From positions 124,001 through 188,000 of the IMG/VR virus record IMGVR_UViG_3300032268_000986: DNA of 64,000 nt; one strand, written 5' to 3'. The notes beneath the pieces were generated by a model. That model was not told where the DNA came from, did no database searches, and was given only the letters and a program-made list of their open reading frames with translations. Within the stretch, counting starts at the first letter, position 1. Every line of letters starts with the position of its first letter. Positions 55,654-64,000 of the stretch are shown here, piece by piece. The position numbers and the translations under genes were made by a program.

Positions 55654-57551
55654 TTTTTTGGTGGTTGCACTGCTGTGGGCACGTTACGGTACACACGTTT
55701 TTGTGGGTCGTACACTGTTTTAAGTGGGCCCATGCCTGCCAGTTTCTTTACTCTGGCCACCATGTCTTGATAGTCGTCACCGTAGTCGGCTTCGGGTGGC
55801 TCAGACTTCCGGTTGCCTTCCGCCACACCTTGTGATACGCTTTCAAACTCTGGCTTTTTATTTGAAGAAAGTCTATCTAATTTTTCAATAGTGCTACCTG
55901 CATTTCTAAAAAACTGTGCTGATTCTTTTTGGTATAATTCTGGATTATTTTTTAATACTTCTACACTTTGCTTTGCCTTAGGGTAGATGCTATTAACATA
56001 ATCTTTAGCATTGTTTGCATCAATAAACCTCTTAATAGATGCGGCAACTGCTTTAAATAAATCACTATTATCTAACTGTCTATCTTTACAAATTGCGTAT
56101 ACTATTAAAGCATCTATTAGGACATCAAATTCTTCTTTACCAAGATTGCCCATTGCAGATTTTTGTTGTTGTTGAGATTGGAGTGCAGAATTATATTTTT
56201 GATACGCTTCGCTTATACCTGCTCTATACGCATTTAAAAAATCCTGATAACGATTTTTCATATTAGTTAGAAACGCTGACACTAACTTATTCTCTTTATC
56301 TAACCCGGATGCCTCATATGCTTGTTGATTGCAAGTATCAATCACATTTTTTGCATTATATGAATTTGTTTGTCTACAATAGTCAGAGACCCAATTACCA
56401 ACATTAGTGACTAACCAATTTCTTAAATCATATCCTGTGTCCTGGTGAATACGACCCATTGTTCTTGTGGCCAAATCTGTAGCATATTTTGTCCATTGCG
56501 TAACTTCCTGAGCGTCTGCTTTTGTTGCAACACCACCGGCTGCACCTGTCACAGCCGCCGCACCCAAGCCCTTTAGGAATCCTCTACGGTCTATTTCTTC
56601 TAATGAGCCTTCCGCCACACCTTCTTGCATATTGTTTAACAATTCCTGCGCTTTTTCAATGCTGATCATGTATCTACCAAAGCGGTTAGGGTCTGCAGCC
56701 TTTTGTAGATATTCTTTGCTAAAGCCCTGTGGTCCGCTTGGTGAATCTATTCTAGCAGGAGCTGTGACTTGTTGCTTGCCATTTGCTCTGGCCTGTAGTT
56801 CTGCCTTGGCATCAGCAACACTGACCATTGGGCGAGGGTGTTCACCTGAAGCAACTTGTTGTAGATATTGTGTATTATAATTACTCAAGTCTGCCGCCTG
56901 AGCATGACCCATACCACCACCCATTGCCATGGCACCTGCTAATGCAGCTGAGCCCAATGCGCTTTTCCACCCTTCAGTTAAATCAGTTACACCAAAACCA
57001 ATATAGCTGTCACCGTGTTCGTCGCCTGATCGAACAACAAATGCGCCGCCCTCTTCACTTTCAATTTCACCAATTTCCCAACCTTGGCGAGCTAGAGCTT
57101 GTTCAACTTGTTGTTGTACAGCATCATCACCATTGTACCACATACGAGCGTACTTGTGTAGTGTATCTTCTTCACCACTGTCACCGCCATCACCTGGCGC
57201 AAATTCATTCAACGAGCCTTCCGCCACACCTTGGCTTTCACTGACTTCGGCAGCGGTCAGGTACACAGTCCAGGTCTTGCCCGAACTGGCGGATTTCCGT
57301 TCAGCCCACTGCTTCATGTTTTCAAGATTGCTGCGCTCTTCTGCACTGTCTGCTGTGCCACGGCCGGCAACCACTTTCCATGGTCTGCCATTGATGGCAA
57401 TTTGTATATTGTTGCGCTCGTGTGCCAGTTCTTGACGTAGGCCACGATGGTCATCGCCACGGCCCATGCCGCTCACACTGCTGTCGTAGTCACGCTGATA
57501 AGCATCACGACGGTCAAAGCGACTTTCTTGTGTTATTTGACTGACTTTCAT
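55650..57551 (-). CDS. 633-aa modular polyprotein with three GVAEG boundaries and internal Sec- and Tat-type signal peptides
   Basis: MKVSQITQE; QGVAEGSLNE; LTE-GWKSALGSAALAGAMAMGGGMGHAQA; EGVAEGSLEE-IDRRGFLKGLGAAAVTGAAGGVATKADA; QGVAEG. Confidence 0.8.
   Translation of the reverse strand: MKVSQITQESRFDRRDAYQRDYDSSVSGMGRGDDHRGLRQELAHERNNIQIAINGRPWKVVAGRGTADSAEERSNLENMKQWAERKSASSGKTWTVYLTAAEVSESQGVAEGSLNEFAPGDGGDSGEEDTLHKYARMWYNGDDAVQQQVEQALARQGWEIGEIESEEGGAFVVRSGDEHGDSYIGFGVTDLTEGWKSALGSAALAGAMAMGGGMGHAQAADLSNYNTQYLQQVASGEHPRPMVSVADAKAELQARANGKQQVTAPARIDSPSGPQGFSKEYLQKAADPNRFGRYMISIEKAQELLNNMQEGVAEGSLEEIDRRGFLKGLGAAAVTGAAGGVATKADAQEVTQWTKYATDLATRTMGRIHQDTGYDLRNWLVTNVGNWVSDYCRQTNSYNAKNVIDTCNQQAYEASGLDKENKLVSAFLTNMKNRYQDFLNAYRAGISEAYQKYNSALQSQQQQKSAMGNLGKEEFDVLIDALIVYAICKDRQLDNSDLFKAVAASIKRFIDANNAKDYVNSIYPKAKQSVEVLKNNPELYQKESAQFFRNAGSTIEKLDRLSSNKKPEFESVSQGVAEGNRKSEPPEADYGDDYQDMVARVKKLAGMGPLKTVYDPQKRVYRNVPTAVQPPKK
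55816..57232. repeat. Three exact copies of the GVAEG 16-mer
   Basis: CCTTCCGCCACACCTT at 55816, 56608 and 57217. Confidence 0.92.
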
Positions 57552-58132
57552 ATGATTCCTGCTGCGGCTTGTAACACACGAACATCAGCAGTGACTTCGT
57601 GTATGCGCCGGGTGGCCAGGCCAGCTGCGGCACGCATTTCATTTAGATCTTCCTCGTGGGTGCGACGATAGTCATCGGGTGTGCAGGGCACAGCTTTGGC
57701 AAATGTTTCTGGATTCCAAGGCCACTTTTTACCTTCGTAATGCACAGTCCAGTCTTCAGGGTCAAACTCGGTCAAGGTTGACAGGTCATCCAGGAGAGTC
57801 TGCACATGTTCAGGCGCTGACCTGCGTCGACGGATTTCCACATACACCAGGAATCTACTGGGCTTGATTTCACCTGGCGAGCGGTCAGCATCCATGACAA
57901 AGTCATAGCCTTTTTCAAACCAGGCCACTAGATCCTTGGCCGCAGACAAGTCACGTACAAAAAAGCTCAGCACAATGATGTCAGCATCATCGCCCATTTT
58001 GCTGGTGAATTCATCCACGTGAACCGTGGACTTCATTATGCCATCAAGGTCACGATACTGTAGACCCTCAGATAGTCGCTGGCGCCGCGGGTTGGTTGAG
58101 TTGTTGTTGTGCTGCATCAGCTGCTCCGTCAT
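57548..58132 (-). CDS. Hypothetical protein (start uncertain)
   Basis: LSE-GL..DEFTSKMGDD..FEKGYDFV; ATGA overlap with the next gene. Confidence 0.7.
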   Translation of the reverse strand: MTEQLMQHNNNSTNPRRQRLSEGLQYRDLDGIMKSTVHVDEFTSKMGDDADIIVLSFFVRDLSAAKDLVAWFEKGYDFVMDADRSPGEIKPSRFLVYVEIRRRRSAPEHVQTLLDDLSTLTEFDPEDWTVHYEGKKWPWNPETFAKAVPCTPDDYRRTHEEDLNEMRAAAGLATRRIHEVTADVRVLQAAAGII

Positions 58133-58649
58133 TTTGATATTCTTCTTGGTCAAGATCATTTTCATAGGCCTGATCCAATTCATCAAGTTCAATCTCTTCG
58201 TCTTCCATTTCAATGGAACCAGTGCGTATGTCCTGCATCAGGGCCTTGGGCATGGTGATTTCCACCAGCCACACTTTCTGACGCATGAGCTTGGCTTTTT
58301 TGGTGCCGGCTCGATAATCACTGGGATCTTCGATCTTGATGGGAATTTGAATTTCTTTTTTCATGAACTCCACGTTGCAGTCAAACGACAACAACCGGCG
58401 TGCGCCTCTAGGGTCGGGCATGAGTTTCAGGGGCCACATAAACGTGCAGGTCACTCGATAACGGCCAATTTCTGGGCCCGACACCAGCTCGCCAATTTCC
58501 CAGTTTTTGAAAGCATACAGGTCTACTTCGTCCAGCACACGCTCAAAATCCAAGAGTGTGACAAGACTGCCCTCGCTCATGTAGATGTCACGAATGTTGT
58601 CGGCTACTTGCCAGTAGTCGGTGTGATCGCGGAATATTTCTTTGTCCAT
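58068..58649 (-). CDS. Hypothetical protein
   Basis: Start MDKEIF just after TAAATA (58661-58656). Confidence 0.75.
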   Translation of the reverse strand: MDKEIFRDHTDYWQVADNIRDIYMSEGSLVTLLDFERVLDEVDLYAFKNWEIGELVSGPEIGRYRVTCTFMWPLKLMPDPRGARRLLSFDCNVEFMKKEIQIPIKIEDPSDYRAGTKKAKLMRQKVWLVEITMPKALMQDIRTGSIEMEDEEIELDELDQAYENDLDQEEYQNDGAADAAQQQLNQPAAPATI

Positions 58650-58685
58650 GTGGTTATTTATGGGTATATTATCAGTAGCCAAATC

Positions 58686-59426
58686 TTAGAATGGTACAGT
58701 AGCAGTTTGTGTTACTGTGCCGTTGTTTGTGACAGTTTGTGTGCCCGATGTGTCTGTGGTCACAGCCGCACCCAACATCAGGTACTTGGTATTAGCCAGG
58801 CTAGTCAATGGTGCCGACGGTGCTGTCACCGTACTACTGGTGCTGTTATACACTGCTGAGCCCACAGTGATTCTAAGGTTGGTTATAAAGCCAGACCAAT
58901 AGCCGCCATAGAATCTGCCGATCCAGTTACAGACACCTGTATAATCAAGATTGTTGACCTGTGTTCCGCCGCTAGGGCTGGTTCCGCCTGCGGCACCGGT
59001 AGCACGACTGCAGGTCACATAAGCACTAGTATTGACAAAAGTACCCACCCACATGGTTTCTACCTGTGTGCTGGCATTGCGGTTTAGTATGATGTACTGC
59101 CATTTGTTGACCTGCAAGGTGTTGCTGGGGAAAGTATAAGTCCTAGCACCGCCACCGCCGTATTTGTCCAGGGTAAATGACTGTGCATCAGTATTGAATA
59201 GGCTGAGAGCACCCGATTGATCTGTGGCAACCAACGCCTTTTGACTAGCATAGCTACTGTTGTTATAACACCAACCTTCTATAGTGTAAGCACCGGTGCC
59301 TAATGCGGCGCCAGGTGACATTGAGAGATACTGACTGCTTCCGTTGAACTGTAGGCTGCCTGCCAATGGCGTGTAATTTACAGCACTGGGCACATTGCTG
59401 GCCAGTGACATCATGATGCCGCTCAT
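58686..59426 (-). CDS. Concanavalin A/LamG-like lectin-fold tail protein
   Basis: SLQFNGSSQYL, YTIEGW, WQYIILNR, GFITNLRITVG; TAATG overlap with the fibre gene. Confidence 0.7.
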   Translation of the reverse strand: MSGIMMSLASNVPSAVNYTPLAGSLQFNGSSQYLSMSPGAALGTGAYTIEGWCYNNSSYASQKALVATDQSGALSLFNTDAQSFTLDKYGGGGARTYTFPSNTLQVNKWQYIILNRNASTQVETMWVGTFVNTSAYVTCSRATGAAGGTSPSGGTQVNNLDYTGVCNWIGRFYGGYWSGFITNLRITVGSAVYNSTSSTVTAPSAPLTSLANTKYLMLGAAVTTDTSGTQTVTNNGTVTQTATVPF

Positions 59427-62400
59427 TATGACAGTCCTGTTCCGTTGATGAACCAAGTATTGGCTGCGGTGTTCATGATAGTGGCCATGCCAAATGTGGC
59501 CAACACTCGGTTGCCCGCGGTGGCATTACCTGCCTGGTACATGCTTACGCCTGTGCCCTGATTTATCAAGATGCTGGCTGTGCCGGCATTTACAATTGTG
59601 ATAGCAGTGCCCACGGGCCATGCGACTGAAGTGTTGTTGGCAATGGTCAAACTCAAGTTTGATGCACTGACTGAGTAATAATGTCTACCAGCATCTGTAG
59701 CAGCAATGGTTGCGTTGGCAGAGAATGAGACCTGCGGTATATCTCGGTAGCCCACTGCTGTGGCACTACCATTGGGCGCATTGCCCAGGTCCATGTACAA
59801 GCCACGAGTGTTGCCTCCAGATTCAAAGAACCGCATGCCGTTTTGGAATACATCTTGAACCAGGCTTGTGCTCAACACTGTGTTGGCTAGCGCCGGGAGA
59901 GCCCAAAAAAGTTCAGCACCCTCGTTGCCACCCGGAGCATTGTCGATAGTAATGTTGGCACCAGTAAAACGAATGTTACCAATCACATTGCCAGTGACAC
60001 TTAAATTGCCACCTGTAATATTGGCAGTTGTTGTGATATTGGCAGCACTGGTCAACGCTGACACAACGTTGCCACTCAAACTCAATCCTGCGGCATTCAA
60101 TGTATTGGCACTGGTGACATTGCCGGTGGCACTGACACTGCCCGGAGCACTTAAATTACCAATGTTGCTAAATGACCATGTCTTGGCTGTGCCATTGACA
60201 TCGGTCATAATAGTGGCACTGTTAGCATAGGCGGATACAATAGTGTCTGGGTTAGGTTGTGTAGTTCTCCATGACAGCAACTGTGCTGGATTGTCTGTGC
60301 CATTGTTCATGGCCGCAATAGCAATGGCACCATTGGCCACAGTTTTGATAAGCCCGCCCGAGGTACCAGGTATGACCAAGTTGCCTGTGGTATCAAAGGT
60401 CCAGGTATTGGTGCCGTTGCTGGTCACAGTCACGTTGCCATTGCTGGTTGCAACACTTACATTACTATTACCATTGACAATGTTGCTACTTGGACTTGCA
60501 ACTATGCCAGTGAGTTGGCTACCATTACCTAGAATAAAATTGCCGCTGACGTTGCCGGTGGCTGATATTAAGCCACCAGTCAAGATGTTGCCACCTGTAA
60601 CGTTGCCAGCCACGCTCAAGGGAACGTTTTGTACCTGCACAAGCACGTTGCTTACCACAAGATTGTTGTTGCCGCCAGCACCAATATTGATAGCATTGCC
60701 GGGATTTGGTGCAAGGATGTTTGTGACGGTTAGGTTTGTACTGTTGACATTGAGTATATCTCCTATTGTTCCTTGGAGGTTGCCACCAGTGATGTTGCCT
60801 GTAGCAGATATCAGGCCACCTGTGAGTATGTTACCACCTGTGATATTAGCAGTTACACTCACGGTAGTTCCTGTGTGTGTGGTGGCATTGACATTGGCGC
60901 CACCTAGTACGTTGCCACCAGTGATATTGCCTGTGGCTGATATCAATCCGCCTGTGAGGATGTTGCCACCGGTGACGTTGCCGGAACTTACCAGACTGTC
61001 CACATTGGCTGTTTGGAAATAAGCCACGCTGTTGAGGCTGTTGCTGAGTGTGCTGTTGGCCTTGTCGTAGACCAAGCTGATGATACTGTGATTTCCTGCT
61101 ATGCTTACACGGGCCACATTGTCGGCTGCAGGAGTTACTATCTGATTGTTCATCAGTGTAACTACTGTGCCAGCACTGGCAGTGACAGCATTGGCTGTGT
61201 TGCTTGAAGCACGAATTATTGAATCAACAATGTTCAAACTACCTGCAGTGACCTGAGGCATCACGCAATCATTGGCTCCCTTGACCAACACAGCGGCTCC
61301 AGCATTGTTGACCACTAGATTGTCTATTTTGTTGCCAACAATGCTAATAGATCCTGAACCAGATATCAACACATTGCCTGTGACCTGTAGCTCACAATCA
61401 TCAACTTCTACATAGCCTGAACTGCTTTTGGTAAATTGTCCGGTCACAGTTGACATGCTGATATAAGCCTGTGAGTTGCCTGCGATGATCAGATTTGCCA
61501 TTCTGAGTCCAGCAATCCTGCTAGTAACATTGGCCATGGTGACTGTGCCAATGACTATAGTGCTGGCACCAGTGGCATCATAGGTTATTAGTTGTGTATT
61601 TGTACTGGTTATAGTGGGATTTTCTGTGTATTCACCTGGGTGTATCACAATGGTATCGCGACCACCAGCAACCTGTGTGAGTGCGTGAGTTATGGTCAGA
61701 TATGGTCGTAGTATGGTTCCTGTGCCAGTGCTGTCATTGCCGTCTTTGCTGACATGCATCTCATCAGCAAAACTAGTACTGATACCAGTCAGCTGTGATC
61801 CATTGCCAATAAAATAGTTGCCAGTGACGTTGCCTGCGGCTGAGATCAATCCACCTGTTAAGACGTTGCCACTTGTGACATTGCCCGACACTGAAACTGT
61901 GGTGCCTGTATGTGTTGTGGCATTGACATTGGCACCACCAAGTATGTTGCCACCAGTGATATTGCCTGTGGCGGATATCAATCCGCCTGTTAGGATGTTG
62001 CCACCTGTGACGTTGCCCGAAGCTGACACAGTGGCACTTTGTACCAGAGTTGCTGCTATGACGTTGCCGCCGCTGACGTTGCCAGTGGTCACTATCAGAC
62101 CAGCTGTGGTAATATTACCACCAGTTACGTTTGCACTTACTGAAACAGTGGTACCTGTGTGTGTTGTGGCATTGACGTTGGCTCCACCCAAGATGTTGCC
62201 ACCAGTGATGTTGCCTGTGGTTGATATTGGATTTGATCCCAACGCAGCCAAATTGGCCACAACATTGGCGTTGCCATAACTGGCAGCAATACCAGACAGC
62301 AGTGAACCGTTGCCTAGAATAAATCCACCGGAAATGTTAGCAGTGGTTGTGATGTTGCCCGTGCCACTGATAGTGTTGGCTCCCAAACTGGCCAATAGAG

Positions 62401-62776
62401 TAGTCACATTTGAATTGCCATATGTACCGCCCGACGTAATGGTCATTGTGGCCACTGCGCCGTTGGCAGTGACAGCAACGCCTGATCCAGTGAAGTTGAT
62501 TGCTGTGGCGTCTTTTACTATGATATTGCCATCCACCATGACTTCAATATAGTTGGGCACTGTGGGCTTGACGTTGGTAACAGTGGTGCTGCCAGCAGGG
62601 TTAACAGCAACTTCCTGCACAGGCACAACTGCAGGAGTTGTGCTGGCAGTGATGCCCAGTCCTGGTCCAGGTTCCACTGGTGCCGGAGTTCGATCTAACG
62701 GGGCTATTGGTGTTGGTGGGGGTGTAGAAGTGTCTACTGCGGCTGGTGCATAGGTGTAATTGTTATTTGTGGCCAT
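59426..62776 (-). CDS. Tail fibre/spike-like protein with G-N-I/V-T repeats and a beta-helix-like insert
   Basis: Many SATGNITGGNIL units; HVSKDGNDSTGTG..PYLTI..A motif; Asn/Thr/Gly-rich. Confidence 0.8.
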   Translation of the reverse strand: MATNNNYTYAPAAVDTSTPPPTPIAPLDRTPAPVEPGPGLGITASTTPAVVPVQEVAVNPAGSTTVTNVKPTVPNYIEVMVDGNIIVKDATAINFTGSGVAVTANGAVATMTITSGGTYGNSNVTTLLASLGANTISGTGNITTTANISGGFILGNGSLLSGIAASYGNANVVANLAALGSNPISTTGNITGGNILGGANVNATTHTGTTVSVSANVTGGNITTAGLIVTTGNVSGGNVIAATLVQSATVSASGNVTGGNILTGGLISATGNITGGNILGGANVNATTHTGTTVSVSGNVTSGNVLTGGLISAAGNVTGNYFIGNGSQLTGISTSFADEMHVSKDGNDSTGTGTILRPYLTITHALTQVAGGRDTIVIHPGEYTENPTITSTNTQLITYDATGASTIVIGTVTMANVTSRIAGLRMANLIIAGNSQAYISMSTVTGQFTKSSSGYVEVDDCELQVTGNVLISGSGSISIVGNKIDNLVVNNAGAAVLVKGANDCVMPQVTAGSLNIVDSIIRASSNTANAVTASAGTVVTLMNNQIVTPAADNVARVSIAGNHSIISLVYDKANSTLSNSLNSVAYFQTANVDSLVSSGNVTGGNILTGGLISATGNITGGNVLGGANVNATTHTGTTVSVTANITGGNILTGGLISATGNITGGNLQGTIGDILNVNSTNLTVTNILAPNPGNAINIGAGGNNNLVVSNVLVQVQNVPLSVAGNVTGGNILTGGLISATGNVSGNFILGNGSQLTGIVASPSSNIVNGNSNVSVATSNGNVTVTSNGTNTWTFDTTGNLVIPGTSGGLIKTVANGAIAIAAMNNGTDNPAQLLSWRTTQPNPDTIVSAYANSATIMTDVNGTAKTWSFSNIGNLSAPGSVSATGNVTSANTLNAAGLSLSGNVVSALTSAANITTTANITGGNLSVTGNVIGNIRFTGANITIDNAPGGNEGAELFWALPALANTVLSTSLVQDVFQNGMRFFESGGNTRGLYMDLGNAPNGSATAVGYRDIPQVSFSANATIAATDAGRHYYSVSASNLSLTIANNTSVAWPVGTAITIVNAGTASILINQGTGVSMYQAGNATAGNRVLATFGMATIMNTAANTWFINGTGLS
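60840..62230. repeat. Imperfect internal repeats of the tail fibre gene
   Basis: GGANVNATTHTGTTVSV unit three times (~60870, ~61910, ~62160) plus many gatgttgccacc units. Confidence 0.85.
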
Positions 62777-62967
62777 GGTGTTGGGATCCTTGCAATATTT
62801 ACCGCAGTATCAATTTTAATTCAATCTGCCTGGGTCAGCGCCAAACATGTTGTTTGGAGCCTAATACTTAGTCAAGCATGCCACTAAAATCTATCCACAT
62901 AATATTCATTGCACAATGTCGTAAATATTTCTGTCTCAGAACAGAGACTAACCTAGGAGATTTGCAC

Positions 62968-63705
62968 TTGAGCAGAAATCGCGCCGCTAAGGCACAGAAA
63001 CGACAGAGTCCGGAAACAGTGGAAAATACCATTAAATTCAACACAGCATCTAAGGTGGCACAGCGCCGCATAGAATTGATCCCTCGAACACGAAATCAAG
63101 AACAGCTGGTCATGGCTCTGCAAGATCCCAATCAACACATTGTAGTCACCACAGGGCCTGCAGGTACTGGTAAAACATACCTGGCCATGCTGGCGGCTAT
63201 ACGAGCACTAAAAGAAGGAGAATGCGATCGAATCATAATGACACGCCCCGCTGTGGGTGTAGAAGGTGAACAACATGGGTTCTTGCCCGGCAATCTAGTT
63301 GCCAAAATGGAACCATGGACTCGCCCCTTGTTGGATGTCATGCGCGAATATTATCGCCCTCAGGACATCTTGGCCATGATAGAAGATCAGGTAGTTGAAA
63401 TCGCGCCACTGGCTTACATGCGCGGACGCACCTTTAAAAACTCATGGATTATAGCCGACGAAATGCAAAATGCAACTCCGGCCCAGGCCAAGATGCTGAT
63501 GACCCGCATAGGAGTGAATTCACGTATTGTGATCACCGGTGACGTGGAACAGGCCGATCGCCACTCAGGCGAAAACGGTTTGTTGGATTTGTGTGAACGG
63601 CTTTGTTCAACTCCGGTTCGGGGTATAGCCGTGTGTGAAATGACTGCTCGTGATGTACAACGTCACGCCATCATTGGGTCAGTACTGGGACTTTATTCCA
63701 ACTGA
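62968..63705 (+). CDS. phoH: PhoH-family ATPase
   Basis: GPAGTGKT, TRPAV, GFLPG, PLAYMRGRTF, ADEMQN, TGDVEQAD; TTG start 7 nt after AGGAGA. Confidence 0.95.
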   Translation: MSRNRAAKAQKRQSPETVENTIKFNTASKVAQRRIELIPRTRNQEQLVMALQDPNQHIVVTTGPAGTGKTYLAMLAAIRALKEGECDRIIMTRPAVGVEGEQHGFLPGNLVAKMEPWTRPLLDVMREYYRPQDILAMIEDQVVEIAPLAYMRGRTFKNSWIIADEMQNATPAQAKMLMTRIGVNSRIVITGDVEQADRHSGENGLLDLCERLCSTPVRGIAVCEMTARDVQRHAIIGSVLGLYSN

Positions 63706-64000
63706 CCTGTTATCAGCTGGTAGATTTCACGCCAGTTTTTGACCACAGGATACGGGCACTCATGATTCATGTTGTGCCCGTGTTCCATTAGTATGCTCCG
63801 TAAACCCAGTCTATATCCTAGATCAGCGTTTTCGGGTTTGTCTTCAATCCAGTACAGGCCCGACCCACGATAGGGTTCCAGGGCAGCGTCTTTGTCTCCG
63901 CCGGTTTCCAGACACACCACACTTTCAAATGCAGTTTTACCAAACAACTTTCTGAGATTCATTTCTCGCAGTTTCTTGGCATTGGTGTCAGTGCTGAGAC
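63693..64000 (-). CDS. HAD-superfamily hydrolase, C-terminal part (starts beyond window end)
   Basis: DKDAAL...WIEDKPENADLG (motif III/IV); frame stays open to the window end. Confidence 0.7.
   Translation of the reverse strand, partial: LSTDTNAKKLREMNLRKLFGKTAFESVVCLETGGDKDAALEPYRGSGLYWIEDKPENADLGYRLGLRSILMEHGHNMNHECPYPVVKNWREIYQLITGQLE

Noticed and set aside
38928-57232. GVAEG 16-mer as a CRISPR repeat
   Set aside because: Copies are dispersed over kilobases, in-frame within genes, with no regular spacers or cas genes.
164-63341. Numerous opposite-strand and alternate-frame ORFs in the track (e.g. 2589..3047, 27914..28507, 47015..47611, 58026..58859, 60243..61022)
   Set aside because: They shadow well-supported genes and have no RBS or recognisable motifs; only 50359..50586 (lipobox) was accepted.
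1-64000. Stop-codon reassignment (alternative genetic code)
   Set aside because: Genes tile densely under the standard code and TAA, TAG and TGA all terminate genes at expected positions.
1-64000. tRNA/rRNA genes, integrase, transposase or IS ends
   Set aside because: None recognisable; intergenic gaps are short and accounted for by promoters, hairpins or small ORFs.

Overview
A 64-kb segment of a large lytic dsDNA bacteriophage (T4-like/jumbo type). Evidence for this is a gp43-like DNA polymerase B, a sliding-clamp-like gene, a DsbA-like gene, PhoH, a GH19 endolysin, spanins, a tail fibre, and TAAATA/TATAAATA late-promoter motifs before many genes. The host is probably a Gram-negative, plausibly a betaproteobacterium (TctC/Bug protein, spanins); this is inference. 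Almost all genes are on the minus strand. Modules: (1) 0.1-15 kb, a 7-deazaguanine DNA-modification cluster (QueE, QueD, a degenerate second QueD, FolE, a DpdL-like T-fold protein, a DpdA/TGT-like transglycosylase; no QueC in the window) interleaved with a B12 radical SAM enzyme, glycosyltransferases, GalE, a DegT-like aminotransferase, an amidinotransferase and methyltransferases; (2) 15-22 kb, replication genes plus ahcY; (3) 22-40 kb and 48-58 kb, modular proteins that start with a motif resembling the T4 internal-protein capsid-targeting sequence and are punctuated by hydrophobic-x-E sites, some carrying enzyme domains and, unusually, internal twin-arginine (Tat) or Sec-type signal peptides directly after those sites; (4) 41-44 kb, clpA-dnaJ; (5) 44-51 kb, lysis/membrane genes including an embedded Rz/Rz1 pair and one gene split by a 1-nt frameshift; (6) 58-64 kb, tail fibre, PhoH and a HAD protein. 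Two intergenic elements look like structured RNAs: a preQ1-I-like leader before queD and a pseudoknotted ~100-nt element at 22.3 kb. I found no tRNA, rRNA, CRISPR array or transposase. All family assignments are from motif recognition by eye; no database searches were run. Several starts were moved from the ORF track to the more likely initiation codon.
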